Shown here one piece after another: positions 27,292 to 37,373 of a DNA stretch of 64,000 nucleotides (position 1 is the first letter of the stretch; each line of letters begins with the position of its first letter). The stretch comes from Candidatus Avimonas intestinalis (lineage in GTDB: Bacteria; Bacillota; Clostridia; Oscillospirales; Acutalibacteraceae): positions 1,330-65,329 of the forward strand of contig CAJFID010000006.1 in NCBI GenBank assembly GCA_904380375.1, given 5' to 3'. The position numbers and the translations under genes are program-made. The notes beneath the pieces are model-generated. The model saw nothing but the letters and a program-made list of their open reading frames with translations. It had not been told where the DNA came from and searched no databases.

Positions 27292-27362
27292 CGGCCGGAT
27301 TGTCCAAGCTTTCCCCGCCGCGCCGGTGCGCGGCATGAAACCTCCTTTCACCAGACGGCGAA

Positions 27363-27386
27363 GGGCGGCGGGCCGGCCCGCCGCCC
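27363..27386. terminator. perfect 24-nt GC palindrome GGGCGGCGGGCC/GGCCCGCCGCCC after the LamG genes
   Basis: Read directly from the sequence. It would form a ~10-bp all-GC stem. There is no U-tract, so a terminator role is tentative. Confidence 0.3.
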
Positions 27387-27477
27387 GGCCGCCCTACCAA
27401 GACGGGATCCCCGGGGGACGGCGTTGCCTCCGTTCCCCGGGCCGGTTCCCCATTACAATAGGAGAGAAGAATACCAT

Positions 27478-28569
27478 ATGAATCCGTTTCGCGTAGCGGT
27501 GCTCGGTGCGGGCGACCGCGGGAAAGCCTACAGCAAGGCGCTCAAACAGCTGGAAAACGACTGCGTGCTGGTCAATGTCTGCGACATCCTGGACGACCGG
27601 GCGCAGAAAGCCAAAGAGGATTTTGGCTTTGAAGAAACCTTTTACGATTACCGGGACGCCGTGGATACAAATGACATCGACATCGTTATTGTCTGCACCC
27701 CGGCGTATTTCCACAGCGAGATGGCGATGTACGCCTTGAACCGCAAAAAGCATGTCCTATGTGAAAAACCGATGGACCTGTCCTTTGAAAAAGCGAGCGA
27801 AATGGTGGCTTGCGCCAAACGAAACGGCCGTGTGCTGGCCATCGGCCACCAATATCATAATTTTATGAACTTCTGCAAGCTGAAAAAGGTATTTGAGCAG
27901 GGGGCGGTGGGCCGGCCGGTCCTGATGCGGTGCGAGGATACCCGCCCCGTCCGCCCGAAAATCGCCATGCACGACGCCGAATTCGGCAACGGCGGGCCGC
28001 TTAACGATATGTCCTGCCATTTTACCGACCTGATGCGGTGGTACTTTGACGCGGATCCGGTCAGCGTCTGCGCCAAAGGGCTGGTGCTGGCGGAAAACAG
28101 CCCCACGCTGGCATCCATCCCCAACAAAGCGGTGGATACGGTGAACATCCTTGTCACGTTTGCTTCCGGCGACGTCGGCGTCATTACCGTGAGCTGGGCG
28201 TATCCCAAAAACAAGCATTGGCGCCAGCAGGTATCCGCCTACGGCCCGGCCGGCACGGTCGAAGTGGCCGGCGACGCCGTGACCGCCTATCTTGAGGACG
28301 ACAACAACGTTACCTATGAACTGGACAGCCGGGAACGGGATGAGACGGAGAACCCGGAAAAGACGGTGCTCCGCCATTTCCTTGACGAGATCAACGGCGT
28401 GGGCAAGGTGCAGGTGACGGGGGAGGACGCGCTCAAGGCCTTTGCGGTATCCCTGGCCGCCGTCAAGTCCTCCCGGCTGGGCCGGCCGGTCTCCCTGCAG
28501 GAGATATACAACGAGAAGCCCAGCATCTACAGCGCGATGCACGAAAAAGAGGAGGGAAGGACATGGTAA
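27478..28569 (+). CDS. Gfo/Idh/MocA family oxidoreductase
   Basis: ATG at 27478 behind AGGAGAG. Motifs FRVAVLGAGDRGKAY (Rossmann) and HVLCEKP. Confidence 0.85.
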   Translation: MNPFRVAVLGAGDRGKAYSKALKQLENDCVLVNVCDILDDRAQKAKEDFGFEETFYDYRDAVDTNDIDIVIVCTPAYFHSEMAMYALNRKKHVLCEKPMDLSFEKASEMVACAKRNGRVLAIGHQYHNFMNFCKLKKVFEQGAVGRPVLMRCEDTRPVRPKIAMHDAEFGNGGPLNDMSCHFTDLMRWYFDADPVSVCAKGLVLAENSPTLASIPNKAVDTVNILVTFASGDVGVITVSWAYPKNKHWRQQVSAYGPAGTVEVAGDAVTAYLEDDNNVTYELDSRERDETENPEKTVLRHFLDEINGVGKVQVTGEDALKAFAVSLAAVKSSRLGRPVSLQEIYNEKPSIYSAMHEKEEGRTW

Positions 28570-29333
28570 AAATCGCCTGCCAGACCATTGTGTTTGGGGA
28601 ACATATCAAAGAAAACATCAAGACCATCCTCCCGGCCGTAAAAAAGGCCGGGTACGACGGGGTGGAAATCGGCGTCCGCCATCTGGACAAGGCCCGTCCG
28701 GACTATTACCGCGAGCTGCTCCGGCGCAACGGGCTGGAGCTCCTGGCCATCCATGTGGGCGGCAACTTTTTGGAGCCGGATTCCGTACAGAAGCAGATTG
28801 ATACCTTTGAAGACACCCTGCGTTTTGCCTGCGAGCTGGAAATCCCTTACCTGTTTATTTCCGGATTTCATAAAAAGGGCAAGACCAAGGAGGATTACCA
28901 GGAGGAGGCGGCCGTCTATAACCGCTTAGGGGAAATGTGCCGCAGCCAGGGCCGGAAGCTTTGCTTCCACAACCATGACTGGGAGATCTGGAACGGGGAA
29001 ATGGGGTTCCGTACCCTGATGGCCAATACCGACCCGGAGGTATTCCGCCTGGTGCCGGACGTGGGCTGGGTGTTCCGCGGCGGAGCCGACCCGGTGACGC
29101 TCCTTACCGAATTCAAGGACCGCATTGAGGCGCTGCATTTTAAGGAATTTACCGCGGACAATTCCTTTACGGAGCTGGGGGAGGGCGTCGTGCCGTTCCG
29201 GGAGGTATACCAGGCGTTCCACGGCCTCCGGGATCCGCTGTGGCTGGTGGCCGAGCAGGACAAGACCGTCAAGGGCCCCGAGGCCAGCGCGGCGGAAAAC
29301 TACCGCTATCTTGCCGGCCTCTGCGGCCGATAA
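28563..29333 (+). CDS. sugar phosphate isomerase/epimerase (xylose-isomerase-like TIM barrel)
   Basis: 256 aa. KKAGYDGVEIG, LCFHNHDWE and DVGW are typical of the AP_endonuc_2/xylose isomerase-like family. Overlaps the upstream stop by 7 nt. Confidence 0.82.
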   Translation: MVKIACQTIVFGEHIKENIKTILPAVKKAGYDGVEIGVRHLDKARPDYYRELLRRNGLELLAIHVGGNFLEPDSVQKQIDTFEDTLRFACELEIPYLFISGFHKKGKTKEDYQEEAAVYNRLGEMCRSQGRKLCFHNHDWEIWNGEMGFRTLMANTDPEVFRLVPDVGWVFRGGADPVTLLTEFKDRIEALHFKEFTADNSFTELGEGVVPFREVYQAFHGLRDPLWLVAEQDKTVKGPEASAAENYRYLAGLCGR

Positions 29334-29345
29334 GGGGGGCGCCCG

Positions 29346-30662
29346 ATGAAATATCCGGTAACCATCGGCGTCGTGATGCTCGCGCGCAACACCTTTGATT
29401 ACGAAGCCGCCCGCAGCCTGTATGCGCAGATCCGCCGGGACCTGCAAAGCGTGCCCAACGCGTCGTTTGTCTGCGCGGACGACCTGGTGTTTGAAGTCCC
29501 CGACCTGGACGCGCCGATCAAAAAGATCCAAAAGGCGGGGGTGGATGGCCTGGCGATTATCAGCGGCACCTTCCATCTGGGCCATCTGGCGCTGGAGATC
29601 GCCAAGCGGACTGACGTGCCGCTGCTGCTCTGGGGCCTGCCCGAGTTGCCATACAACGGCGGGAAGATCCGGCTGAATTCGGTATGCGGCGTCAACCTGA
29701 ACGCCTCCAACCTGTATAAGGCGGGGCGGGACGATTTTCATTACTGCGTGTCGGATAAGATCGACCAGGATTGGGTCGATGCCGTGCGGATCCGCGCCAA
29801 GCTGAAAGCGGCGAAAATCGGCCTGCTGGGCTTCCGAGCGCACGGGTTTTTCAACCTTGCGTTTGACGAGCTTTCCCTGTACCAAGAAACCGGCGTCCTC
29901 CTTGACCATTTCGAGCTGGCCGATTTGTGGAACGAGCCGGTCGAACCCGAATCGGTGCAGGCGCGCAGGGCGCAGATCGCCGGGCTGTTTGACCTTTCGG
30001 GGGTGAGCGGCGCCCAGGTGCAGAAGGTAGCGGAGCTTTGCGAACGCTTCCGGGCGTTTATGGACCGCCGGGGCTTGTCCGGCCTGGCGGTGCGCTGCTG
30101 GCCGGAATTTGCCGCCGGCTACGGCGTGTCCCCCTGCGCGGCCATGTCCGTTTTGCAGGGCGAGGGTTATATAATCGGCTGCGAGGGGGATGTGCAGGGG
30201 GTCATTTCCCAGTTGATGCACACCGCCATCGGGGTGGAGCAGCCCTTCCTGGCCGATCTGTCGCAGGTCGATTTTGAGGACGATTCCGCCCTGATGTGGC
30301 ACTGCGGTGTGGCGCCCTGCGGCCTTTGGGACGAGTGCAGCGTCCGCTCCCTGGATTCCTATTACGCGGGAGGCCGGGGCGTTACCGCCGATTTCGTGCT
30401 TAAGAGCGGACGGGTCCAGGTGCTGCGGATGGATTTTGCCCGGGGCCGGTCCCGGCTTTTCGTGGGCTGCGGCGAGGCGTTTTCGGTCCCCAAGGAGCTC
30501 AAGGGTACCTATGTCAAGGTCGTATTTGACAAGCCTGTAGAGGAAGTGCTGGATACCGTCATACGCAACGGGATTGCCCATCACGTCTCCCTGGCGTATG
30601 GGGACAACGTCCGGCCGCTTGCCCTGTATGCCCGCATGAACGGCATGAAGTGGATTGAATGA
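29346..30662 (+). CDS. L-fucose/L-arabinose isomerase family protein (FucI-like)
   Basis: 438 aa. The pattern GLLGFRAHGF...IIGCEGDVQGVISQL...MWHCG resembles the COG2407 isomerase family. Confidence 0.75.
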   Translation: MKYPVTIGVVMLARNTFDYEAARSLYAQIRRDLQSVPNASFVCADDLVFEVPDLDAPIKKIQKAGVDGLAIISGTFHLGHLALEIAKRTDVPLLLWGLPELPYNGGKIRLNSVCGVNLNASNLYKAGRDDFHYCVSDKIDQDWVDAVRIRAKLKAAKIGLLGFRAHGFFNLAFDELSLYQETGVLLDHFELADLWNEPVEPESVQARRAQIAGLFDLSGVSGAQVQKVAELCERFRAFMDRRGLSGLAVRCWPEFAAGYGVSPCAAMSVLQGEGYIIGCEGDVQGVISQLMHTAIGVEQPFLADLSQVDFEDDSALMWHCGVAPCGLWDECSVRSLDSYYAGGRGVTADFVLKSGRVQVLRMDFARGRSRLFVGCGEAFSVPKELKGTYVKVVFDKPVEEVLDTVIRNGIAHHVSLAYGDNVRPLALYARMNGMKWIE

Positions 30663-30677
30663 GAAAGGCGGTATAGC

Positions 30678-31505
30678 ATGCAGGAAACAGAACGCAAACG
30701 GCTGAATGAGAAATGCGCGGATATCCGCCGCTTGATTATTGAGGAGATCGGGCGTCTGGGGGTCGGCCATATCGGCGGCTGCCTTTCGATTGTGGAGGCG
30801 CTGGTCGTGCTGTATTACCGGCAGATGCATATTGACCCCCGGAACCCGTCCCTGCCCGACCGGGACCGCTTCGTCCTTTCCAAGGGGCATGCCGGCCCGG
30901 CGCTGTACGCCGTGCTGGCCGACCGCGGCTACTTTGACAAGGAGTGGCTGTGGACCCTCAACCAGCCGGGAACCAGGCTGCCCAGCCACTGCGACCGGCT
31001 GCGGACCCCCGGCGTGGATATGACCGCCGGTTCCCTGGGCCAGGGCTTTTCGGTGGCGGTCGGTATGGCCAAAGCCGCCCGGATGGACGGGAAGACCCAC
31101 TGGGTCTATGCCATGATCGGGGACGGCGAAAGCCAGGAGGGTCAGATTTGGGAGGCCGCCCAGTTTGCCGGCCAGCATAAGCTGCGCAACCTGATCGCCA
31201 TGATGGATTACAACAACATGCAGATTGACGGCCTGGTTTCCGACCAGCTCGACGTCCAGCCGGCAGTGCAGCGCTGGGAATCCTTCGGCTTCTCCTGCGA
31301 GACGGTGGACGGGCACGACGTGGCGGCGATTGACGGGGCGATACAGCGTGCCAAAGCCGCCGGCCGCCCCTGCATGATCGTCCTGCGCACCATTAAGGGC
31401 AAGGGCGCCTATTTTGCCGAGGGAAAGGTGGAATCCCACAATATGACCGTGACCGAGGAGATGTGGAGGTCCTGTATGAAAGGAGGGGGCCGCGATGTGG
31501 GATAA
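30678..31505 (+). CDS. transketolase, N-terminal (TPP-binding) subunit
   Basis: 275 aa. Motifs SKGHAGPALYAVLA, GSLGQGFSVAVGMA and GDGESQEGQIWEA. Confidence 0.9.
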   Translation: MQETERKRLNEKCADIRRLIIEEIGRLGVGHIGGCLSIVEALVVLYYRQMHIDPRNPSLPDRDRFVLSKGHAGPALYAVLADRGYFDKEWLWTLNQPGTRLPSHCDRLRTPGVDMTAGSLGQGFSVAVGMAKAARMDGKTHWVYAMIGDGESQEGQIWEAAQFAGQHKLRNLIAMMDYNNMQIDGLVSDQLDVQPAVQRWESFGFSCETVDGHDVAAIDGAIQRAKAAGRPCMIVLRTIKGKGAYFAEGKVESHNMTVTEEMWRSCMKGGGRDVG

Positions 31506-32448
31506 GCTGGATGCGCAGGAGCTGCGCGCCGTATACATAGACGAACTGATCCGGTACGCGCAGTCCGACGAAAGGATCACCCTGGTCGAGGCCGATCTTT
31601 CCAAGGCGCTTACCTCTCCCCGGTTTAAAGCGGCCTATCCCGAACGGCTGATTGACGTCGGGATCTGCGAAGCCCATATGATCGGGGTGGCCGCCGGGCT
31701 CGCGCTTGAAGGCAAGCTGCCGTTTACCCATACCTTTACCCCCTTTGCTACCCGCCGTGTCTGCGACCAGATTGCGATTTCGGTGCTGTACGCGGGGTTA
31801 AAGGTAGTCATGGTAGGCTCCGACCCCGGTATTTCGGCGGAGCTCAACGGCGGCACCCACATGAGCTTTGAGGACATCGGCGTGCTGCGTTCCCTGCCTG
31901 GTCTTACGATTGTGGAGCCCGTGGACGCCGCCCAGCTTAGGCAGGCGCTCCCCCAGATCATTGCCGCGCCGGGGGCGGTATACCTCCGCCTGTTCCGCAA
32001 GCAGGCGCGCACGGTGTATGGCGAAGGCGCCCCGTTTGCCTTGGGCAAAGCCAATACCCTGCGGCAGGGGAGCGACGTCACGCTGATCGCCGGCGGGATG
32101 ATGGTGGCCGAAGCATTGCAGGCGGCCGACCGGCTGGCCGGCGAGGGGGTTCAGGCGCGGGTGCTTGATATGCACACTGTCAAACCGATTGACCGGGAGG
32201 CTGTGCTGCTGGCCGCCAGGGAAACCGGCGCGATCGTCACCTGCGACAACCATAACGTCATCGGCGCCATCGGCAGCGCCGTATGCGAGATAACGGCGGA
32301 GGAATGCCCGGTCCCGGTCGTACGCATCGGCGTGACCGACCACTTCGGCGAGGTAGGGAAAACTGCCTTCCTCAAGGAAAAATACCGCATGACGGCGGCG
32401 GATATCGCCGGCGCCGCTAAGGCGGCGATACAAAAAAAGCGAGGGTAA
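31495..32448 (+). CDS. transketolase, C-terminal (pyrimidine-binding) subunit
   Basis: 317 aa. Motifs GICEAHMIGVAAGLALEG and THMSFEDIGVLRSLPG. Overlaps the N-terminal subunit by 11 nt. Confidence 0.9.
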   Translation: MWDKLDAQELRAVYIDELIRYAQSDERITLVEADLSKALTSPRFKAAYPERLIDVGICEAHMIGVAAGLALEGKLPFTHTFTPFATRRVCDQIAISVLYAGLKVVMVGSDPGISAELNGGTHMSFEDIGVLRSLPGLTIVEPVDAAQLRQALPQIIAAPGAVYLRLFRKQARTVYGEGAPFALGKANTLRQGSDVTLIAGGMMVAEALQAADRLAGEGVQARVLDMHTVKPIDREAVLLAARETGAIVTCDNHNVIGAIGSAVCEITAEECPVPVVRIGVTDHFGEVGKTAFLKEKYRMTAADIAGAAKAAIQKKRG

Positions 32449-32453
32449 ACGCG

Positions 32454-32936
32454 ATGAGGATTGCATTGGGCTCAGACAAATCCGGCTTCCTGCTCAAGGA
32501 GGCGGTCAAAAAGTATTTGGACAGCCAGGGCATTGCGTACACGGATCTGGGGACCCTGGACGCCGAGCAGGGCCGTCCGTATTACGAGGTAGCTCCCGCC
32601 GTGGCCAAGGCCGTGCAGGCAGGGGGCTATGGCCGGGGGATCCTGGTCTGCGGGACCGGCATGGGCATGGCGCTGGTCGCCAACAAATTTTCCGGCATCT
32701 ACGCCGCCTGTGCGGAAAGCGTGTACGCGGCCCGGATGTGCCGGGCGGTCAACAACGCCAACATCCTGACCATGGGCGGCTGGATTATCGGTCCCGAAAT
32801 GGGCGTGGACATGGTCAAGGCGTTCCTGGAAACCGGGTTTACCCAGGGCCTTGAACCGTGGCGGGCGGAATTTTTGACCAAGGCGTATCAAATCGTACAG
32901 GAAATGGAGTCAGGAACGCAGTCAAATACCATCTAA
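32454..32936 (+). CDS. rpiB: RpiB/LacA/LacB family sugar-phosphate isomerase
   Basis: 160 aa. ILVCGTGMGMALVANK with the catalytic Cys region, and NILTMGG. Confidence 0.88.
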   Translation: MRIALGSDKSGFLLKEAVKKYLDSQGIAYTDLGTLDAEQGRPYYEVAPAVAKAVQAGGYGRGILVCGTGMGMALVANKFSGIYAACAESVYAARMCRAVNNANILTMGGWIIGPEMGVDMVKAFLETGFTQGLEPWRAEFLTKAYQIVQEMESGTQSNTI

Positions 32937-32952
32937 AAGGAGGATATCCCAG

Positions 32953-34428
32953 ATGAAAAAAGCTGTACGGCTTCTCAGCGCGGCGCTGATAGGCGCCTTG
33001 ATGGCCTTCCCCCTTGCCGGATGCAACCAGGAGCCGGCGGACACCCCGTCTTCGGATGGAGGCGGCAGCGAATTGACCGGCTCGCTGACGCTGGCTACCC
33101 TGCCTAAGTGGGTAGAGGACGTTACGGCCTATGTGGAGAACTTCAACGAGATCTATCCCAACGTCGTGGTGGAGATCATCGGCTTTGAGGGGACGGGCAA
33201 CGATTATCTGACCGCACAGGCCGCCGTGACGGACCTCCCCGACCTGATTTACGGCTTTTCCTCCGACAGCAACGTCCGGTACTCGGTGGAGCAGGGCTGG
33301 GCCTATCCGCTGGACGATTACGTCAATGCGGATCCCGAATTTGAGGAGATCAATACCGACGCGCTGCAGGCGTATACCTATGGCGATCAGCTCTACGGGC
33401 TGCCCTATGAGCTGGAATTCGACACGTTTGTTATCAATGCGGACCTGCTCGACACCCTGAACCTTGATATGCCCGAGATGGACTGGACGCTGGACGAGTA
33501 TATGGATCTGCTCAAAAAGGCGACCACCACCGAATATTCCGGCCAGAACGCGCTGGGGAATTTTTCCCAGAAGCTGACGGGGATTTTCGGGTCGGAAAAC
33601 GACCTGGGGGCCCATGGGTATAATCGGGAGGCCAATACCGTCAACCTGACCGATGGCTCCTGGGTCAGCGCCCAGCATTTTATCAAGGAAATGAAGGACA
33701 TCCCCGGCCTGATCTCGGATAACATGAAGGATCAGGAGAAGCGCAACGCCGGCCAGCTGGACGACTATCAGAAAAAATTCGGCGAGAACGCCGACGCCGC
33801 CCGCGAGGGCAAGGTGCTGTTTATGTTTAAGGCCAGCTGGGATTGGCAGTGGGTCAACTCCCTGGCCAACGACTGGCAGTATCTGCCCCTGCCCCATCCC
33901 GATGGCCAGCCCAGCCGGCAGTCGATGCATACCAAATGGGCGATGATGATGTCGACGACGGAATACCCGGACGCGGCGTTCGCCCTCCTCAAGCACCTCA
34001 CCTACGGCAAGGACGGCAACGTCAGCAAGCTGGAATACCTCAAGAACAAGCTCAACGAGTCCGGTGAGCCGGCCATGGAATTCTATATCCCTGTCACCAG
34101 CAATGACGAGGTCAACGCGGCGTTCCGCGATCTCGGCTTTGTCCCGGAGGGGCTGATGTGGCTGTACGAGAACATGGATACCGGCGCGTATGAGACTTTC
34201 CGCTCCGACTGGTATAAGGACGTTCCCGGCTGGGGGGATGTTTCCTCCAACATGAGCCAGCGTGCTATCCAGTGCGAAAACGGCGAGGTGCAGCCGGAGG
34301 CGGTGGCCAAGGAGACCGAAACGATGTGCAACGAGATCCTGGCGGAGCAAAAGGCGATCAGCGACGAAGCGATCGCCGCCGCGCAGGCCTCTTTTGCCGA
34401 AATCCGCGCGCAGGTGGAAGGCCAGTGA
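32953..34428 (+). CDS. carbohydrate ABC transporter substrate-binding lipoprotein (SBP family 1)
   Basis: 491 aa. Signal plus lipobox MKKAVRLLSAALIGALMAFPLAGC. Size and context are typical of a CUT1 SBP. Confidence 0.82.
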   Translation: MKKAVRLLSAALIGALMAFPLAGCNQEPADTPSSDGGGSELTGSLTLATLPKWVEDVTAYVENFNEIYPNVVVEIIGFEGTGNDYLTAQAAVTDLPDLIYGFSSDSNVRYSVEQGWAYPLDDYVNADPEFEEINTDALQAYTYGDQLYGLPYELEFDTFVINADLLDTLNLDMPEMDWTLDEYMDLLKKATTTEYSGQNALGNFSQKLTGIFGSENDLGAHGYNREANTVNLTDGSWVSAQHFIKEMKDIPGLISDNMKDQEKRNAGQLDDYQKKFGENADAAREGKVLFMFKASWDWQWVNSLANDWQYLPLPHPDGQPSRQSMHTKWAMMMSTTEYPDAAFALLKHLTYGKDGNVSKLEYLKNKLNESGEPAMEFYIPVTSNDEVNAAFRDLGFVPEGLMWLYENMDTGAYETFRSDWYKDVPGWGDVSSNMSQRAIQCENGEVQPEAVAKETETMCNEILAEQKAISDEAIAAAQASFAEIRAQVEGQ

Positions 34429-34461
34429 TAGACCGAGTGCGGCTTTCCTAGGCTGCCGAAG

Positions 34462-34537
34462 CCCGGCCCGGTGCGGGAAAGCGCCGGGCCGGGAGGCCGC
34501 CGCTCCCCGCCGCCGCGGGAGCCGGCGCCCGCTTTTT
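34462..34537 (+). terminator. intercistronic hairpins between the two SBP genes (possible partial terminator)
   Basis: 10-bp stem CCCGGCCCGG / CCGGGCCGGG (34462-34493), then GCGGG...CCCGC followed by TTTTT (34515-34537). Confidence 0.3.
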
Positions 34538-34565
34538 AAGTAAGCGGCGGAGGAAAGGGGCTCGT

Positions 34566-37373
34566 ATGAGAAAGCGGAAAAAAGCATGCTCCCTGGTTTC
34601 CTGCCTGGCGGTGGCCGCCGGGATGCTTGGAGCCGCCGGCGCTCCGGCGGCCGCCGCATCCGCGGCCCCGCAGGCGGAATGGCTGGCCATCCCGCCGGAG
34701 GACGTGGCCGCCCGCTACGCCGTGGAGGACGGCTTGGCCCTTGAGGCGGGGGATTCCGTTGAGATCACCCTGGATATCCCCCGCGAAGGCGAATACCGGC
34801 TGGCCCTGGTTTACCGGCAGGACGAATATCCCGCCTTCGGCAATACCGGGGAGCTGGTCATCAACGGCGAAGAACGGGCCGGCTTCAATCTGGGCGGCGT
34901 TTGGTACGACGAGCAGGAGGAGCCGCAGCTGGACCGGTATGGCAACGAGGTCGTGAGCGGCAGCGCCTTTGTGCAAGGGGCGGTCACCCAATATCTGAGC
35001 AGGGAAACCGACTACTACCGTCTCCAAAGCACCTACCTTCTCAAGGAGGGGGCCAATACCCTGGCCCTGACGGTTTCGGAGCTCCCGGTCACCGTCTACG
35101 AATTGATAGCGGTGCAGCCGGCCGCTTACAGCGGGCTTTCCGGCACGGCGGAAAAAAACGGGCGGCAGGTTGCAATCCAGGCGGAGGACTACGTTTGGAA
35201 ATCGGATTCCTATATCCACGCCGGCAATGCGCAGGACGCGGATGTGACCCCTTACGAAGTCGAGCGCAAAAGGCTCAATGTCCTGGACGGCTCCACGTTT
35301 GACACCCACCGCCAGAAGGTGGTGTATCAATTCTATGTGGAGCAGGAGGGCGATTACCGGATCGCGCTGCGGTATAACCAGGATTCCAAAAAGGGGATGA
35401 GCGTTTACCGCACGATTGCGGTGGACGGCCGGGTGCCGGACGCCTGCTTTGAAAGCGTCTCCTTTGCCTATACCGGCCTGGATTATGTGACCCAGACCGT
35501 GACGGACGGCGACGGTGAGGCATGGATCCACCTGACCCAGGGCTGGCACACCCTATCCGTCATCGCCACCGCCGCCCCCGTGGCCGCGTACCAGGAACGG
35601 CTGACGCAAACGCTTGAGGAGATCAGCGCGGCGGGCGTGGAAGTCAAAATGATTACCGGCGGACAGAACGACGAGAACCGGACCTGGAATATTGAGGAAT
35701 ACCTCCCCACCATTGTGGACGACCTCAACCGCTGGGCCGACGAGTTGGACGCGATATACGGCGAGCTGGAGCAGCTGGCCGGACAGAAACCCTCGTTTGC
35801 TTCCGCCCTGCCGAAGTCCGCCCAATACCTGCGCAGCGCCGCCTCTTCCCCCCGCACCCTGCCTTCCAAGACCACCAAGATCTTTGAGGGCTCCGGCTCG
35901 GTGGCCCAGATGATCGGCGACCTGATTACCCCGCTGCTCCAGCAGCAGCTGACCCTTGACCAGCTGTTTGTATACAGCGCGGACCAGCCGGCGGAGGAAT
36001 ACCCCGGTTTATTCCAGCGGATCCTGAACGGGATCCAGCATTTCCTGCTCTCCTTTTCGGCCGACTACAACGGCTTTGCGGACAGCGGCTTGCAGGAGGA
36101 TGCCCTTGACGTCTGGGTGAACCGCCCTTTGATGGCGGTGGAGACGCTCCAGATGCTGGCGGACGCTTCCTTTACCCCTGCCACCGGCATCCCGGTCAAG
36201 GTGACCATCATGCCCAGCGAGGATAAGCTGACCCTGGCCAACGCCGCGCAGGAAACCCCGGATATCGCGATGGGGCTGTCCCTGAGCAAGCCGTACGAGC
36301 TCGGCCTGCGGGGCGCGGTGGCCGACCTGTACGAATTCGACGATTTTCTTGATTACTACGGCGAAAATTACGACCTCCGGCTGCTGATCCCCCTTTGGGT
36401 GGACGGCAAAATGAGCGGCGTGGTGGAGAGCCGGAACTTCCAGGTGCTCTTTTACCGCAAAGACATCCTTGAGCGGCTCGGCCTGGAAGTCCCGGACACC
36501 TGGGAGGATGTCAAGCAGATGATGCCGGAGCTCAAGCGCAACGGCATGAACTTCCATGTGGCGCTGGCTTCCCACACCGGCAACAAGCCGATCGCGACCA
36601 CCTCGTATTATTTCGTCCAGAACGGGGCGGAGCTGTATTCCTCCGATGGGATGACCACCGCGATCAATCAGGAAAAAGGGCAGGAGGCCTTTGAGCTGCT
36701 GACCGACCTGTTTAATGTGTATTCCCTGCCGGTCACGACCGAGAATTTCTTTAACAGCTTCCGTTACGGCCGCATCCCGATCGGCATCTCCAACCTGGAC
36801 ACCTATATCCGCCTGAAAAACGCGGCGCCGGAAATCGCCGGGCTGTGGGATATCGCCCTTTCCCCCGGGATAGAGGATGAGCAGGGCGTCATCCACCGCG
36901 ACCAGACCAGCGCGGGCGAGACCGCCGTCATCATGCAGCGCACGGATCAAAAGCAGGAGGCGTGGGCTTTCCTCAAGTGGTGGCTTTCCACCGACGTGCA
37001 GGAGGAATACGGCTTTATCATGCAGACCAAGTTCGGCCCGTCCTTTATCTGGAATACCGCCAACGAGGAGGCGTTCCGGTCGGTCGACATTGAAAAGCGG
37101 CATATGGACGTGATTTTCGGGCAGTGGGAATGGACCTACGAGGTGCCGCTCCATCCCGCCTCCTATATCCTTGAGCGGGAGCTGTCCAACGCCTGGAACG
37201 ACGTGGTGGTCAAGAAAAAGGAGGTCCGCTCCTCGCTGGACAAAGCGGTCATCAACATTGACCGGGAGATAGAGCGGAAGCTTCAGGAATTCGGCTATGT
37301 GAAAAACGGGGAGATGGTCCAGCCCTACCGGCTGGCCACCCTTGAACGGATACAGGAAGGGGGAGGCGCATGA
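34566..37373 (+). CDS. 935-aa secreted fusion: two N-terminal beta-sandwich (CBM-like) modules plus an SBP family 1-like domain
   Basis: Signal peptide. Internal repeat [13 protein letters not shown] / [13 protein letters not shown] about 190 aa apart. The C-terminal ~550 aa resemble extracellular solute-binding proteins. Its stop overlaps the permease start (ATGA). Confidence 0.75.
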   Translation: MRKRKKACSLVSCLAVAAGMLGAAGAPAAAASAAPQAEWLAIPPEDVAARYAVEDGLALEAGDSVEITLDIPREGEYRLALVYRQDEYPAFGNTGELVINGEERAGFNLGGVWYDEQEEPQLDRYGNEVVSGSAFVQGAVTQYLSRETDYYRLQSTYLLKEGANTLALTVSELPVTVYELIAVQPAAYSGLSGTAEKNGRQVAIQAEDYVWKSDSYIHAGNAQDADVTPYEVERKRLNVLDGSTFDTHRQKVVYQFYVEQEGDYRIALRYNQDSKKGMSVYRTIAVDGRVPDACFESVSFAYTGLDYVTQTVTDGDGEAWIHLTQGWHTLSVIATAAPVAAYQERLTQTLEEISAAGVEVKMITGGQNDENRTWNIEEYLPTIVDDLNRWADELDAIYGELEQLAGQKPSFASALPKSAQYLRSAASSPRTLPSKTTKIFEGSGSVAQMIGDLITPLLQQQLTLDQLFVYSADQPAEEYPGLFQRILNGIQHFLLSFSADYNGFADSGLQEDALDVWVNRPLMAVETLQMLADASFTPATGIPVKVTIMPSEDKLTLANAAQETPDIAMGLSLSKPYELGLRGAVADLYEFDDFLDYYGENYDLRLLIPLWVDGKMSGVVESRNFQVLFYRKDILERLGLEVPDTWEDVKQMMPELKRNGMNFHVALASHTGNKPIATTSYYFVQNGAELYSSDGMTTAINQEKGQEAFELLTDLFNVYSLPVTTENFFNSFRYGRIPIGISNLDTYIRLKNAAPEIAGLWDIALSPGIEDEQGVIHRDQTSAGETAVIMQRTDQKQEAWAFLKWWLSTDVQEEYGFIMQTKFGPSFIWNTANEEAFRSVDIEKRHMDVIFGQWEWTYEVPLHPASYILERELSNAWNDVVVKKKEVRSSLDKAVINIDREIERKLQEFGYVKNGEMVQPYRLATLERIQEGGGA

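Noticed and set aside
28926-31604. 892-aa minus-strand ORF spanning the TIM-barrel, FucI-like and transketolase region
   Set aside because: It is an antisense shadow ORF typical of GC-rich DNA. Its composition is R/G/A/P/H-rich with no motifs. The plus-strand frames carry unmistakable motifs (SKGHAGPALY, GDGESQEG, CEGD), good RBSs and operon-style overlaps.
32839-34659. 606-aa minus-strand ORF opposite the SBP gene
   Set aside because: It is an antisense shadow with no signal, motifs or RBS. The plus strand has a lipoprotein SBP with a lipobox.
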